From positions 1,064 through 65,063 of the forward strand of contig CANQJR010000001.1 of the NCBI GenBank assembly GCA_947624275.1: a stretch of 64,000 nt of DNA, written 5' to 3'. The position numbers and the translations under genes were made by a program. This stretch comes from an uncultured Bacilli bacterium. GTDB lineage: Bacteria > Bacillota_I > Bacilli_A > RF39 > UBA660. This document shows positions 19,423 to 28,995 of the stretch, piece after piece; position 1 is the first letter of the stretch, and the number at the start of each line of letters is the position of its first letter. The notes beneath the pieces were generated by a model. The model made no database searches, had not been told where the DNA came from, and saw only the letters and a list, made by a program, of their open reading frames with translations.

Positions 19423-20259
19423 TTAATTATCTAAATATTTGAAGTAATATTCTTCATAACTGGAAATGTTCTCTTCGCGCATTTTACTGGCAATTTGAAC
19501 GCCGACATAGCGATAGTGCCACGGTTCTTCTTGGTAGCCAGTTATGAATTCGTTCTCTTTGGTGTAGCGCAAAATGAATCCGTATTTATAAGCATTGGCT
19601 CGCATCCAAAGAGCTTCTTCCGTATTGCCAAAATTGTCAAAAGTTTGCGTGACATTGTCGACGTCGACTGCAAGGCCTGTCTGGTGTTCAGAATGACCAG
19701 GACGAGCTGAGTAAGTATCGGCTTTCGTCTGTCCATCGCGATTGACATAGCGATGATATAGATTGTCTTGATAATCGTAACTGCGGTAAGCTGATACAGC
19801 TCTTATGTGCAGATTTTCTTGTTGAGCTTTCTTAGCCATCTGATTGAAACTGGCGGCAGCTTCGCTAACTAACATCTTTCCGCCAACTTGGTATTCATCG
19901 TCAATTTCTTCTAGGTCATTTGGTATGTAATCACTCTGTAAAACGTAAAATTTGTTGACTAAAATCTCTTTTGTACCAGGTCGCAAACTCGGTTTGATAT
20001 CCGTATAAAAATCTTTATCAATACCGATGTTTACATATAGGACAACTAAATCATTATTAAGATTTAAATTTTCTTTTTGATATTTGATGTATCGCGATTG
20101 ATTTGCTTCTTTATAATATTTTATATTTTTAATACTATCGATCAAATCCTTCTTTTGTCCGTCATTACTAGTCATACTTTTAATACCTAAAATGATGGAT
20201 ACTGACAATATCATTATTGAAGTTATTAAGATAATTATCTTCTTGTCAAGATGTAACAT
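19423..20259 (-). CDS. VanY-type D-alanyl-D-alanine carboxypeptidase (peptidase M15B), membrane-anchored
   Basis: SEHQTGLAVD and EPWHYRYVG metal-binding motifs; N-terminal TM; RBS AAGGAGGAAAA. Confidence 0.8.
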   Translation of the reverse strand: MLHLDKKIIILITSIMILSVSIILGIKSMTSNDGQKKDLIDSIKNIKYYKEANQSRYIKYQKENLNLNNDLVVLYVNIGIDKDFYTDIKPSLRPGTKEILVNKFYVLQSDYIPNDLEEIDDEYQVGGKMLVSEAAASFNQMAKKAQQENLHIRAVSAYRSYDYQDNLYHRYVNRDGQTKADTYSARPGHSEHQTGLAVDVDNVTQTFDNFGNTEEALWMRANAYKYGFILRYTKENEFITGYQEEPWHYRYVGVQIASKMREENISSYEEYYFKYLDN

Positions 20260-20312
20260 TTTTCCTCCTTCATCCATTAAAAGTATAAGAAATAATTTTT
20301 AGTTTATGCCAA

Positions 20313-21137
20313 TTAATGACTGTTGATATAAAATTTAAATTTCTTTTTATTGGGAAAATCGCATCGATCGACGTCATATAACAATTTCTCGCGATCATAG
20401 GGCACGGACTTTCTATTGATATTATAACCATTTGTACTCGGTTCTATGATGTAATAGATGGCCTTATCATAAATGGCAACTCCGCCAGCATTGAGTGAAT
20501 GAAAAGCGGTATGTCGCTTCTCGTTGGGAGCGGAAAAGCGTTCAAAATGATAATGTCCGAAGATGACGTCATCATAAGAATCAATTGTTTTACCATCAAA
20601 GATAGGTCTTTTTTTCGCTTCTAAAGCGCCGACGTTATCTCTAGGCAAGAAATGGCGATGATCTTTGATGGTATTGGTCGTGTAGAAGATGTCGGGATTT
20701 TGGCCATTGTATAACCAGGTCGCCTGTGGGAAATAGCGGGTGTCACATGGGAAATGGCATAATGCCAAAGTTTTATCGCCAATTTTCAAATCGATTGATG
20801 GTGGCATTTTTTGTAAATAGTCAAGTTGTTCTTTACTGAGTTGACTCAGAGTCCAAAGGGCGTTTTTGGTATTTTCTCCTTTGGGATCGCGTCTAAAATG
20901 GCGATAAGTATTTAAGGGGTAGAGATTATAACAATCACTATTTCCTAGTATGTTGACGATGTTTTCATTGATGATTAAATTGAGACATTCACGCGGTTTA
21001 GGACCAGTACCGACGATATCGCCCAATGAGATAACTGTTTCTATTTGTTCTTTTTTGATATCCAAAAGTATAGCTTTTAAAGCTTCTAAATTGGCATGGA
21101 TATCACTAAAGATAGCTAGGCGTTTTTTTAACTCCAT
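20313..21137 (-). CDS. Calcineurin-like metallophosphoesterase
   Basis: AIFSDIHAN, LGDIVGTGP and GHYH motifs. Confidence 0.8.
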   Translation of the reverse strand: MELKKRLAIFSDIHANLEALKAILLDIKKEQIETVISLGDIVGTGPKPRECLNLIINENIVNILGNSDCYNLYPLNTYRHFRRDPKGENTKNALWTLSQLSKEQLDYLQKMPPSIDLKIGDKTLALCHFPCDTRYFPQATWLYNGQNPDIFYTTNTIKDHRHFLPRDNVGALEAKKRPIFDGKTIDSYDDVIFGHYHFERFSAPNEKRHTAFHSLNAGGVAIYDKAIYYIIEPSTNGYNINRKSVPYDREKLLYDVDRCDFPNKKKFKFYINSH

Positions 21138-21232
21138 AAAATCACATCTTTTCGCGCTTACTATAACATTTTATCTTTTTAAAGTCAATTTCAACTCATA
21201 AAACGCAAGTCCCATCATAAAGTTTATTAGAG

Positions 21233-22387
21233 GTGAATATTTTGAAGAAATTTGTAGTTTTATCATTGATGATTTTAGTCTTGTTGGGAAGTGTCAAACT
21301 TGTAAGAGCTGAAGAAAATCTTTTAGGAAATGCCAATTCTGGTCTGTTGATGGAAGCTAGTAGTGGCAAAATTATTTATGAAAAAAATAAAGATGAACAG
21401 GTTGCTGTGGCATCGATGACCAAAATGGTTGGCTTAATCATCATCATGGAGAAATTAGAAAGCGGTGAACTGACTTTGGATGAAATCGTCACAGCTAGTA
21501 AAAATGCCAGTGGTATGGGTGGATCACAAATCTATTTAGATACTGGTGAAAAAATGAGTGTTAAAGATTTGATCAAGGGCATAACAATGGCTAGTGCGAA
21601 TGATGCCACAGTAGCAATGGCCGAGAGAATTGCGGGAACGGAAAGTAAATTTGTGGAGTTGATGAATGCTAAAGTAAAAGAATTAGGTTTAAAAAATACC
21701 CATTTTGTCAATTCGACTGGGTTGGATGAAGATGACCATTACTCCAGTGCCAATGATATGGCCATCATCGCTAGAGAACTTTTAAAACATGAACAAATTC
21801 TTGATTTTACTTCTGTCTATGAAGATTATTTAAGAGTTGATACCCCTAATAAATTTTGGTTGGTCAATACGAATAAATTAGTTCATCTTTATGAAGGAGC
21901 AGATGGACTAAAAACGGGATTTACCGATAATGCTGGCTATTGTATGGCCGTCACAGCTAAAAGAAATGGTATGCGTTTGATCGCCATCGTCTTAGGAGAG
22001 CCCAAAGGAAGTATCCGCAATGAAGAAACTTCCGAATTATTAGATTATGGTTTCAACACTTATAAAGTTCTCACTCTAAAAAGTAAAGATGATGTAATTG
22101 ACACTATCAAGTTTAATAAAAGTACTAAAGATGAGGTCGATCTATATCTGCAAAGGGATGCCTCAGTCTTGATCAAACAGAGCGACAATACTTCTGGCTA
22201 TGATACCGAAATTAGACTTGATGCGGTCAAATTGCCATTAAAAAGTGGTGATTCTGTCGGAAAACTCTTGATCAAAAAAGATGATGAAGTAATTGATCAA
22301 ATCGATCTGATCGTCAAAGAAGATGTCAATTCGAAAAACTTTTGGCAAATTTGGTTAGATGTCATTGAAGATACGCTTATTACTTAA
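21233..22387 (+). CDS. Serine-type D-Ala-D-Ala carboxypeptidase (PBP5/DacB-like, peptidase S11)
   Basis: SxxK ASMTK, SxN-like SAND, KTG; signal peptide. TTG 21242 is an alternative start after GAGGTG. Confidence 0.8.
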   Translation: MNILKKFVVLSLMILVLLGSVKLVRAEENLLGNANSGLLMEASSGKIIYEKNKDEQVAVASMTKMVGLIIIMEKLESGELTLDEIVTASKNASGMGGSQIYLDTGEKMSVKDLIKGITMASANDATVAMAERIAGTESKFVELMNAKVKELGLKNTHFVNSTGLDEDDHYSSANDMAIIARELLKHEQILDFTSVYEDYLRVDTPNKFWLVNTNKLVHLYEGADGLKTGFTDNAGYCMAVTAKRNGMRLIAIVLGEPKGSIRNEETSELLDYGFNTYKVLTLKSKDDVIDTIKFNKSTKDEVDLYLQRDASVLIKQSDNTSGYDTEIRLDAVKLPLKSGDSVGKLLIKKDDEVIDQIDLIVKEDVNSKNFWQIWLDVIEDTLIT

Positions 22388-22440
22388 GTGTATTTTTTAT
22401 CATTTTGTGTTATTCTATATATGGAATAGGATGATGCTTG

Positions 22441-23493
22441 ATGAAAGAGTTGTTTTATGAAATGTTGAAAGAGGCCCAAGATGGTAAAATCGTCGTCGAT
22501 GGTGAAGAGTGGCCCATCGGTTTTAATACGATGATTCATGCTGATGGCGAATTGCAAGAAAACTTTTATTCAGCGCAAAATTTATCAACATTGATGATTG
22601 AGGATGAAGATTTGTTCTTTCAAAAACTCCATCAGTATTTGGAAAAAATTCCTGAAGAAGAAAAGAGTCGCAATCGCAAATTAGTCCTTGCTTATCTGTT
22701 TGTCAATGCCACGACAGAAGATTTTATGCATCCAATCGAGTACATTGATCGAAGAATCGACTATTTAGATGATAGAACCTTTGAAGATTTGGAATCAGGA
22801 CTAGAATTGAATCTCGATGGTCTTTTTGATGGTTACCATCTAGAGGTGAAAAACGATTATCAAAGTTTTATGATGGAGACTCCTCACAAAATGTCTTTCA
22901 CCATTTTGTCCAATGAGGGTTATCGCTATCACTTGCCAACTATTTCTTATGGAATGACGACGATCGACAATAAAAAGACGTGTGATGTCTACAGCATCTT
23001 GAAACCGAAAGATGGGGAAACGACTCCAGAAGAAGAAAAATTTAGAAAGAAAGTTTCGCGTCAATTATACAAGTTAAATAGCGGCATTAGTTCTTTAGAG
23101 AGTCAAGAGTATCAAGACTATTTAAAGAATGGATTAACTGATGATTACTATCCGGAAAACATATCTGATGTCTCCGTCTCAGCCGTCATGTCACTATCTA
23201 TCTTCACGACTCTTTTGCGCAATCACAACATTCTCGACGTAAGAGGAATACCTTACTTGCCACTTAGGTATCTATCGCGAGAAATCGCTGCAAAAGAAGT
23301 TACAGATATTTCATTAAGGGATAGATTACAAGAACGCAATCAAAAAATTCAAACTAATGTGACTGACAAGTTCATCAGAACTTTTAGAAGAGTTGAACAA
23401 CAATTGGATAACGCGGAAATCACTGCTTATCCATATGAGAATGACGAATTCCTTCACCTCAAGTTGGGGAAGGAGAAAAAGAATAGTCGTTAA
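22441..23493 (+). CDS. Hypothetical protein (351 aa)
   Basis: Long ORF with an AGGATGA RBS-like sequence; no recognisable motifs. Confidence 0.45.
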   Translation: MKELFYEMLKEAQDGKIVVDGEEWPIGFNTMIHADGELQENFYSAQNLSTLMIEDEDLFFQKLHQYLEKIPEEEKSRNRKLVLAYLFVNATTEDFMHPIEYIDRRIDYLDDRTFEDLESGLELNLDGLFDGYHLEVKNDYQSFMMETPHKMSFTILSNEGYRYHLPTISYGMTTIDNKKTCDVYSILKPKDGETTPEEEKFRKKVSRQLYKLNSGISSLESQEYQDYLKNGLTDDYYPENISDVSVSAVMSLSIFTTLLRNHNILDVRGIPYLPLRYLSREIAAKEVTDISLRDRLQERNQKIQTNVTDKFIRTFRRVEQQLDNAEITAYPYENDEFLHLKLGKEKKNSR

Positions 23494-23635
23494 TGCGAAA
23501 ATTCTTTTTGAATTGACAATTGAAGTGCAATCATTTGTGTAAAATAGTGTCCATGATTTACATTTTTGTTAAAAATAATTGGGTTTTTAAAATTGTTTGA
23601 TATAATGATTTTAGTCGTTTAATTGAGGTGTAAAT

Positions 23636-24019
23636 ATGAAAAAGATAAAGGTTGTGGCAGCACTTATAGAAACAAATGATAAAATTTTAATTGCCCAAAG
23701 ATTACACCCTGAATTAAATGGTAAATGGGAATTCCCTGGCGGTAAAGTGCGTAGAGGAGAAAAGGATAAGGATGCCATATATCGTAAAATATTAGAGGAG
23801 TTGAACATCTCTATTAAATGCGATTATTTGCTTTGCAGTTGTGATTATAAAAAGGGTGATTATGACATCGAGATCAAATTGTATCATTGTACATACTTGA
23901 GTGGCGAAGTCGTTTTAAAAGTTCACTCATCCTATGTTTTTGTCGATCGCAGTTTACTCTTGACCTATGATTTAGCTCCTGCGGATCTGGAACTTGCCAA
24001 ATATGTTTTAAATAATTGA
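23636..24019 (+). CDS. Nudix hydrolase (MutT-like)
   Basis: Nudix box GKWEFPGGKVRRGEKDKDAIYRKILEELNI; RBS GAGGTG. Confidence 0.85.
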   Translation: MKKIKVVAALIETNDKILIAQRLHPELNGKWEFPGGKVRRGEKDKDAIYRKILEELNISIKCDYLLCSCDYKKGDYDIEIKLYHCTYLSGEVVLKVHSSYVFVDRSLLLTYDLAPADLELAKYVLNN

Positions 24020-24043
24020 AGAAATCTTAGGATTTCTTTTTTT
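24019..24043 (+). terminator. Rho-independent terminator after the Nudix gene
   Basis: AAGAAATC-ttag-GATTTCTT stem followed by TTTTT. Confidence 0.7.
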
Positions 24044-24143
24044 GATGTGTCAATAATATAGTAAAGATTTAATAAAAAAAAGTAAGTCTTTGTCGAATGG
24101 ATATAAATGTTCAGCCGATTATTTTATATTTTAGGAGGTGGGG

Positions 24144-24446
24144 ATGGTTAAGATCAATTATGAATATAGAGGAGGGGTGTTATTTGTTAGGATAGAAGGT
24201 AGGTTCAGTTATCAAAACGTGGAACAGATCATTGATTCAATCAGACGAGTTGTTGTGAAAGGAGGTATCATCTATACAGTAATTAATCTCGAAAGAGCTA
24301 AAGTTTTAAACGATAATTATATAGAAATGCTTTTAAAAGATATAAATGATAATGTTTATTTGTGCGGTTGCAATAGTGATCACTATAATAATTATCATCT
24401 GTTAAATACAGAAAACAATATATTTAAATGTATAGGAGGAATATGA
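24144..24446 (+). CDS. STAS-domain anti-sigma-factor-antagonist-like protein (SpoIIAA-like), apparently without the phosphorylatable serine
   Basis: VLFVRIEGRFS...IIYTVINLERAKVLNDNYIEML aligns with SpoIIAA VLxIRLxGELD...IVLNLEDLSFMDSSGLGVIL; NDN replaces DSS. RBS AGGAGG. Confidence 0.5.
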   Translation: MVKINYEYRGGVLFVRIEGRFSYQNVEQIIDSIRRVVVKGGIIYTVINLERAKVLNDNYIEMLLKDINDNVYLCGCNSDHYNNYHLLNTENNIFKCIGGI

Positions 24447-25102
24447 TTACTGATAAAGAAGTTCTCGATTATGATAAATTGATATATAGTATCATTAACA
24501 AATATCGCTTTTTAGGAGAAATAGATGATTTGTATCAAGTCGGGATAATGGGACTTCTCAAGGCATGTAACAATTTTGATAGCAGTTATGATATAAAATT
24601 TTCTACTTATGCCCACACTTACATAGTGGGTGAAGTTTTAAAATATATTCGTGATAATAAAGCTATTAAAGTCAATCGCGATTTGATCCGTTTAAATGTC
24701 AAAGTGGAGAAAGCGCGGGAAGTTCTAAATCAGAAGTTGATGCGTGAAGTGACGACTAGTGAATTGTCTCAATTTTTAGGAATAGATGAAAATCTGATTG
24801 ATGAGGCAATGTTATCTTCTGATTTCGTCAAGAGTCTCGATTATGATTTAAATGATGATGAAGGTAAAGATTTGACTCTTTATGATAGCATCAAATATGA
24901 AGAGAGCGGTTACAATAGCGATTTGATCGATTTACACGACAGTTTACAGACGTTGAACGATGACGAAAAAAAGTTGATAAAGTATCGTTATTTCGACGAC
25001 CGAACGCAAAGTGACATCTCCTCTGAACTGGGGATCAGTCAAGTTCAAGTGTCGCGAACGGAAGCTAAAATATTACAGAAATTGAAAAATAAATTGATAT
25101 AA
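24443..25102 (+). CDS. sigF: Sporulation-type RNA polymerase sigma factor (SigF/SigG family)
   Basis: DLYQVGIMGLLKACNNFD...FSTYAHTYIVGEVLKYIRDN (region 2) and RTQSDISSELGISQVQVSRTEAKILQKLK (region 4) closely match SigF; followed by spoVAC-AD-AE as in clostridia. Confidence 0.75.
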   Translation: MITDKEVLDYDKLIYSIINKYRFLGEIDDLYQVGIMGLLKACNNFDSSYDIKFSTYAHTYIVGEVLKYIRDNKAIKVNRDLIRLNVKVEKAREVLNQKLMREVTTSELSQFLGIDENLIDEAMLSSDFVKSLDYDLNDDEGKDLTLYDSIKYEESGYNSDLIDLHDSLQTLNDDEKKLIKYRYFDDRTQSDISSELGISQVQVSRTEAKILQKLKNKLI

Positions 25103-25169
25103 AATTCCTTAACGGAATTTTTTTTGTATGAAAATAAAAAAAGAAACCATTCTATAAATGGGTGATATT

Positions 25170-25613
25170 ATGGAAAAAAGAGATTATAAAAAAATAGTTG
25201 ATCGCCATAAACCGACGGAAAATAGGCTCTTCAATGCCATTATTGCTTTTGCTGTCGGTGGATTAGTTGGCTTGATAGGACAGTTGTTGATCGAATTTTA
25301 TTCGTCGTGGTTATCGATACCGACACAGGATGCCACGTCTTTTATGATCGTGACCTTGGTGTTTGTCTCATGTCTTTTTACAGCCTTAGGCTTTTTTGAC
25401 AAATGGGTAACTTTTGCTAAATGCGGATTGATCATTCCCATTACAGGTTTTGCGCATTCCATGATGAGTAGTGGAATGGAATATCGCAATGAGGGACCAA
25501 TTTTTGGAGTGGGAGCCAATCTTTTCAAATTGGCGGGATCCGTCATTCTCTATGGCATTGTTGCAGCGTGGTTCTTTGGCATGATCAGATTTGTGTTTTT
25601 GGGAGGTGTCTAA
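25170..25613 (+). CDS. spoVAC: Stage V sporulation protein AC
   Basis: AFAVGGLVGLIGQ...ITGFAHSMMSSGMEYRNEGPIFGVGANLFKLAGSVILYG matches SpoVAC. Confidence 0.85.
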   Translation: MEKRDYKKIVDRHKPTENRLFNAIIAFAVGGLVGLIGQLLIEFYSSWLSIPTQDATSFMIVTLVFVSCLFTALGFFDKWVTFAKCGLIIPITGFAHSMMSSGMEYRNEGPIFGVGANLFKLAGSVILYGIVAAWFFGMIRFVFLGGV

Positions 25614-26609
25614 ATGACCTTTACTTATAGTGACGTGTATGTGAATAATTATGCGACAGTTGGTGGGCCATATGAAAAAGATGGACCATTGGGACCTAGC
25701 ATTGATAAAGTTTATACCAATCTATACGCTGGGAAAAAAACTTGGGAACAAGCTGAAGTTAAGATGTTGTCAGACAGCATTGATTTGGTTTTGCGCAAGA
25801 GCAAAAAAAATAGTAAGGACATCGATCTGTTGATCAGTGGTGATCTGTTGAATCAGGTGACCGCCTCTAGTTATGCCGCTCTCAATTTTGACATTCCGTT
25901 CTTCGGCATTTATGGAGCGTGTTCCAGTAGTGTCGAAGGAATCATTTTGATGAGTTCTTTGATCGATGGCAAGAAGATCAAAAATGGTATCATCTCGGTG
26001 TCATCGCACAATATGTCAAGTGAGAAACAATTTCGCAATCCGACTGAATATGGGGCACCTAAACCTAAAACAGCTACTTTTACATCTACAGGTGGAGCGA
26101 GCATTTTCTTGAGCAGTCAAAAGAGTAAGATCAGAGTGGAATCTTCCACTATAGGTAAAGTGACTGATATGGGACAGACTGATCCCTTTAATATGGGAGC
26201 TGTCATGGCCGCAGCAGCTGGCGATACCATTTATCGCCATTTAAAAGATATGAAACGCTCTGTCGATGATTACGATCTAATTTTAACTGGTGACTTAGGC
26301 ATCTATGGAAAAGAGATTTTAATCGATTACATGAAAAAAGAATATGACATAGATTTGGGAAAAAATTATGATGACAGTGGTACGATGCTTTACGATTATG
26401 CTAAACAAAAAGAAGTGTTAGCTGGTGCGAGTGGACCTCTATGCATTGCGATGGTGAGCTATACTAGTGTTTTACCAATGATTGAAAAGGGAAAGTATCA
26501 CCGCGTTTTATTGGTGGCTACTGGGGCTCTTTTCTCTCCAACTTTTGTCTACCAACATCAACCCATTTATTCAATTAGTCATGCCGTTTGTTTGGAGGGG
26601 ATTAAATGA
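25614..26609 (+). CDS. spoVAD: Stage V sporulation protein AD
   Basis: About 330 aa, thiolase-like, SpoVAD-like N-terminus, Cys in GACSSS; operon position. Confidence 0.8.
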   Translation: MTFTYSDVYVNNYATVGGPYEKDGPLGPSIDKVYTNLYAGKKTWEQAEVKMLSDSIDLVLRKSKKNSKDIDLLISGDLLNQVTASSYAALNFDIPFFGIYGACSSSVEGIILMSSLIDGKKIKNGIISVSSHNMSSEKQFRNPTEYGAPKPKTATFTSTGGASIFLSSQKSKIRVESSTIGKVTDMGQTDPFNMGAVMAAAAGDTIYRHLKDMKRSVDDYDLILTGDLGIYGKEILIDYMKKEYDIDLGKNYDDSGTMLYDYAKQKEVLAGASGPLCIAMVSYTSVLPMIEKGKYHRVLLVATGALFSPTFVYQHQPIYSISHAVCLEGIK

Positions 26610-26956
26610 TTTATTTATATTCATTCTTATTCGCTGGTTTTGTTTCACTAGTGGGGCAAATAATCCTAGATAATACTAAGTTGACTGCTGGTCATATCAC
26701 GAGTATTTTTGTCGTCATAGGTGCCGCTTTGGACAGTTTCAGTTTTTATGATAAAATTATTGCTCACGTTGGTGGTGGAGCCTTGGTTCCAATAACTTCC
26801 TTTGGACATTCACTAATTCATGGAGCTTTGGCGAAGGCCGAAGAGATGGGCTTCATCGGTCTTTTGACAGGTATGTTTGAATTGACAGCTTCCGGAATAA
26901 CAGCCGCTATCTTATTCACTTTTATTCTATTATTAATCTTTAAACCTCAAAATTAA
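26606..26956 (+). CDS. spoVAEb: Stage V sporulation protein AEb
   Basis: 116 aa; FLFAGFVSLVGQ...ITSFGHSL...GLLTGMFELTASG matches SpoVAEb. Confidence 0.8.
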   Translation: MIYLYSFLFAGFVSLVGQIILDNTKLTAGHITSIFVVIGAALDSFSFYDKIIAHVGGGALVPITSFGHSLIHGALAKAEEMGFIGLLTGMFELTASGITAAILFTFILLLIFKPQN

Positions 26957-26979
26957 AAATGCATTTTCATGCATTTTTT
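26956..26979. terminator. Bidirectional rho-independent terminator between spoVAEb (+) and the 26978 (-) gene
   Basis: AAAATGCA-ttttca-TGCATTTT stem flanked by A/T runs on both sides. Confidence 0.65.
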
Positions 26980-28153
26980 ATTTATCATTTGTAGGTTGAA
27001 TTACTTGATCTAGCGGTGTTGCCACTTCAGGTTGTTGTACAACTTTATCATCTGTCACTGGAGAGGGTTGAACTACTTGGTCTAGTGGGGTTGCATTAAC
27101 AGCGTTATCACTATTAGTGACTGTTGGCTGTTCTAGTGGTGGTTCTGGTTCTGGTGTTGGAATAAATGTATCACTTGGAGCAGGAGGTGTACTGGTTTCA
27201 ACGATTGGTGTAGTTACTTCATCAGTATTTTCGGCACTGTTTTGATCGTCGCCACTGATCATTGGAATGACAGCTTCAGGTAAGTTTTCTTGGGTGAAAT
27301 GTGGATTGATGACTTTTTCATGATGAACTTCTTCAACTTCTTTAATCACTGGTTCCACGATTGGTTTTGGCACTTCTTTTTTCATCTCTTCGGGCTCTTT
27401 TTTTCTATATTTATCACTAACTACAGCTGTCGGATTTGGTGCATCAACAACTACTTGTGGTTCGGCACTTTTTTCAATGATATCTTCAATCTCTTTTTCT
27501 TGAGCGTAGTCTTTATCCAAGTAATATACTCTAAACATCGGATTGAGAATGAACATTCCTAATGAGGCAAACATCAATGACGTTTTAACTTTATCCATAG
27601 CTGAGTCTTTTTTTAATGTCACGGTAGTAGTTTGTCCCAAAAGACTACTGGTATTATTGACATTTTTATTTTCGTTTTGGCTAGTCACAAAATTGAAGAT
27701 GAAAGTAAAGGCGATGAGCGCAGCTGTCAATTTTTGAATTTTTCCGTGACTGGTATTGGCAGGCGGAATTTCAAAGACTAATACTAAGAGAATGGAAAGC
27801 ATTAACAAATTGACAAATATATTGATAACTGTATTTAACTGCTCAGTCATCTTTATGTTGAAGATTAAGAAAATGGCAATGCTCAATAAGAATATCAATC
27901 CTAAAAAGATAGCGATATAACCGAAAACCGTATTTTTGCGATTGGCTATTACATTTCCCGCTCTTGAAAAGACAAAACTCATGGCAGTGATAGCCACTGT
28001 TATCAATAAGATATTGCTTCCAGTCGTATCAATTCCGGTACTGGTCATTTTATCTGACAAATTGATGACACCAATTGATGATAGACATAATACGATCAAT
28101 GATATTACTGTTATGACCATCAAAGCTTTATATATTTTTTGAAAAGTATCCAT
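26978..28153 (-). CDS. Polytopic membrane protein with a Pro/Thr/Gln-rich extracytoplasmic C-terminal repeat region
   Basis: Five or six N-terminal TM helices; C-terminal tandem repeats (ATPLDQVIQP / ATPLDQVVQP); RBS AAGGAG before the MDTFQK start. Confidence 0.6.
   Translation of the reverse strand: MDTFQKIYKALMVITVISLIVLCLSSIGVINLSDKMTSTGIDTTGSNILLITVAITAMSFVFSRAGNVIANRKNTVFGYIAIFLGLIFLLSIAIFLIFNIKMTEQLNTVINIFVNLLMLSILLVLVFEIPPANTSHGKIQKLTAALIAFTFIFNFVTSQNENKNVNNTSSLLGQTTTVTLKKDSAMDKVKTSLMFASLGMFILNPMFRVYYLDKDYAQEKEIEDIIEKSAEPQVVVDAPNPTAVVSDKYRKKEPEEMKKEVPKPIVEPVIKEVEEVHHEKVINPHFTQENLPEAVIPMISGDDQNSAENTDEVTTPIVETSTPPAPSDTFIPTPEPEPPLEQPTVTNSDNAVNATPLDQVVQPSPVTDDKVVQQPEVATPLDQVIQPTNDK
26985..27150 (-). 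repeat. Imperfect tandem nucleotide repeat (about 75-nt period) encoding ATPLDQV(V/I)QP peptide repeats
   Basis: GTTGAATTACTTGATCTAGCGGTGTTGCCAC... recurs as GTTGAACTACTTGGTCTAGTGGGGTTGCA... Confidence 0.5.
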
Positions 28154-28275
28154 AAATAACAACTCCTTTATTATATATACTAAATATATACTAACATAAA
28201 ATAACATTTTTTGATATTTATTTTTTAAAAAATTAACTCAAATATGTTATTATATTAATATGTGGGTGTGATGAT

Positions 28276-28995
28276 ATGGAATATGCTTTAAATATTGAAA
28301 GTTTTCAAGGACCATTAGATTTGCTTCTCCATTTGATAAAAGAGTCCAAGATGGACATTTTTGATTTGCGAATTGAAGAGATTACTAATCAGTACTTAGA
28401 TTACATCAATAAAATGGAAGAGATGAATTTAAATGTGGCCAGCAGTTATTTAGTGATGTCCGCAGAACTTTTGGAGATCAAATCGAAAATGCTTTTGCCC
28501 AATCATCAAAACGAAGAAGAAGAACCATTAGATCCACGTGAAGACTTGGTCAATCGTCTCATTGAATATCAAAAGTATAAAGATTTGACTCAAGAATTTA
28601 AAAATTTAGAATTTGAACGCCAGATGATTTATACTAAAATTCCTGAAAACATTAAAGATTATGTATCGGAAAATCAAGTGATCAATGGCGGTGAAGTGAC
28701 TCTAGACGATTTGATAAGTGCTTTTGAAAAATTTTTAGAGCGTCAAAAATTGAAACAACCTTTGAGTACAAAAGTTACTTCTAAGGAGATAACAGTTGAA
28801 TATCGTCGTAGGAGCATAAAGAAAATTTTATCGAAAAAACAGAGAGTTAATTTTATGGAACTCTTTGACGTCATCAATAGAGAGTACGTCGTCGTCACTT
28901 TTTTGGCTGTTTTAGAAATGGCGAAAGCGAAAGAATTGATCTTGAAACAAGAAAATAATTTTGATGACATAATATGTGAGGTGGCACATGAATAA
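28276..28995 (+). CDS. scpA: Segregation and condensation protein A
   Basis: FQGPLDLLLHLIKESKMDIFDLRIEEITNQYLDYI ScpA N-terminal signature. Confidence 0.85.
   Translation: MEYALNIESFQGPLDLLLHLIKESKMDIFDLRIEEITNQYLDYINKMEEMNLNVASSYLVMSAELLEIKSKMLLPNHQNEEEEPLDPREDLVNRLIEYQKYKDLTQEFKNLEFERQMIYTKIPENIKDYVSENQVINGGEVTLDDLISAFEKFLERQKLKQPLSTKVTSKEITVEYRRRSIKKILSKKQRVNFMELFDVINREYVVVTFLAVLEMAKAKELILKQENNFDDIICEVAHE

Noticed and set aside
20950-21201. 83-aa + strand ORF overlapping the metallophosphoesterase gene
   Set aside because: Antisense overlap with a motif-supported CDS; no RBS.
27290-28142. Plus-strand ORFs (64-90 aa) within 26978-28153
   Set aside because: Antisense to the repeat-containing membrane protein gene; the odd compositions (F/W/H-rich) reflect the reverse-strand repeat.
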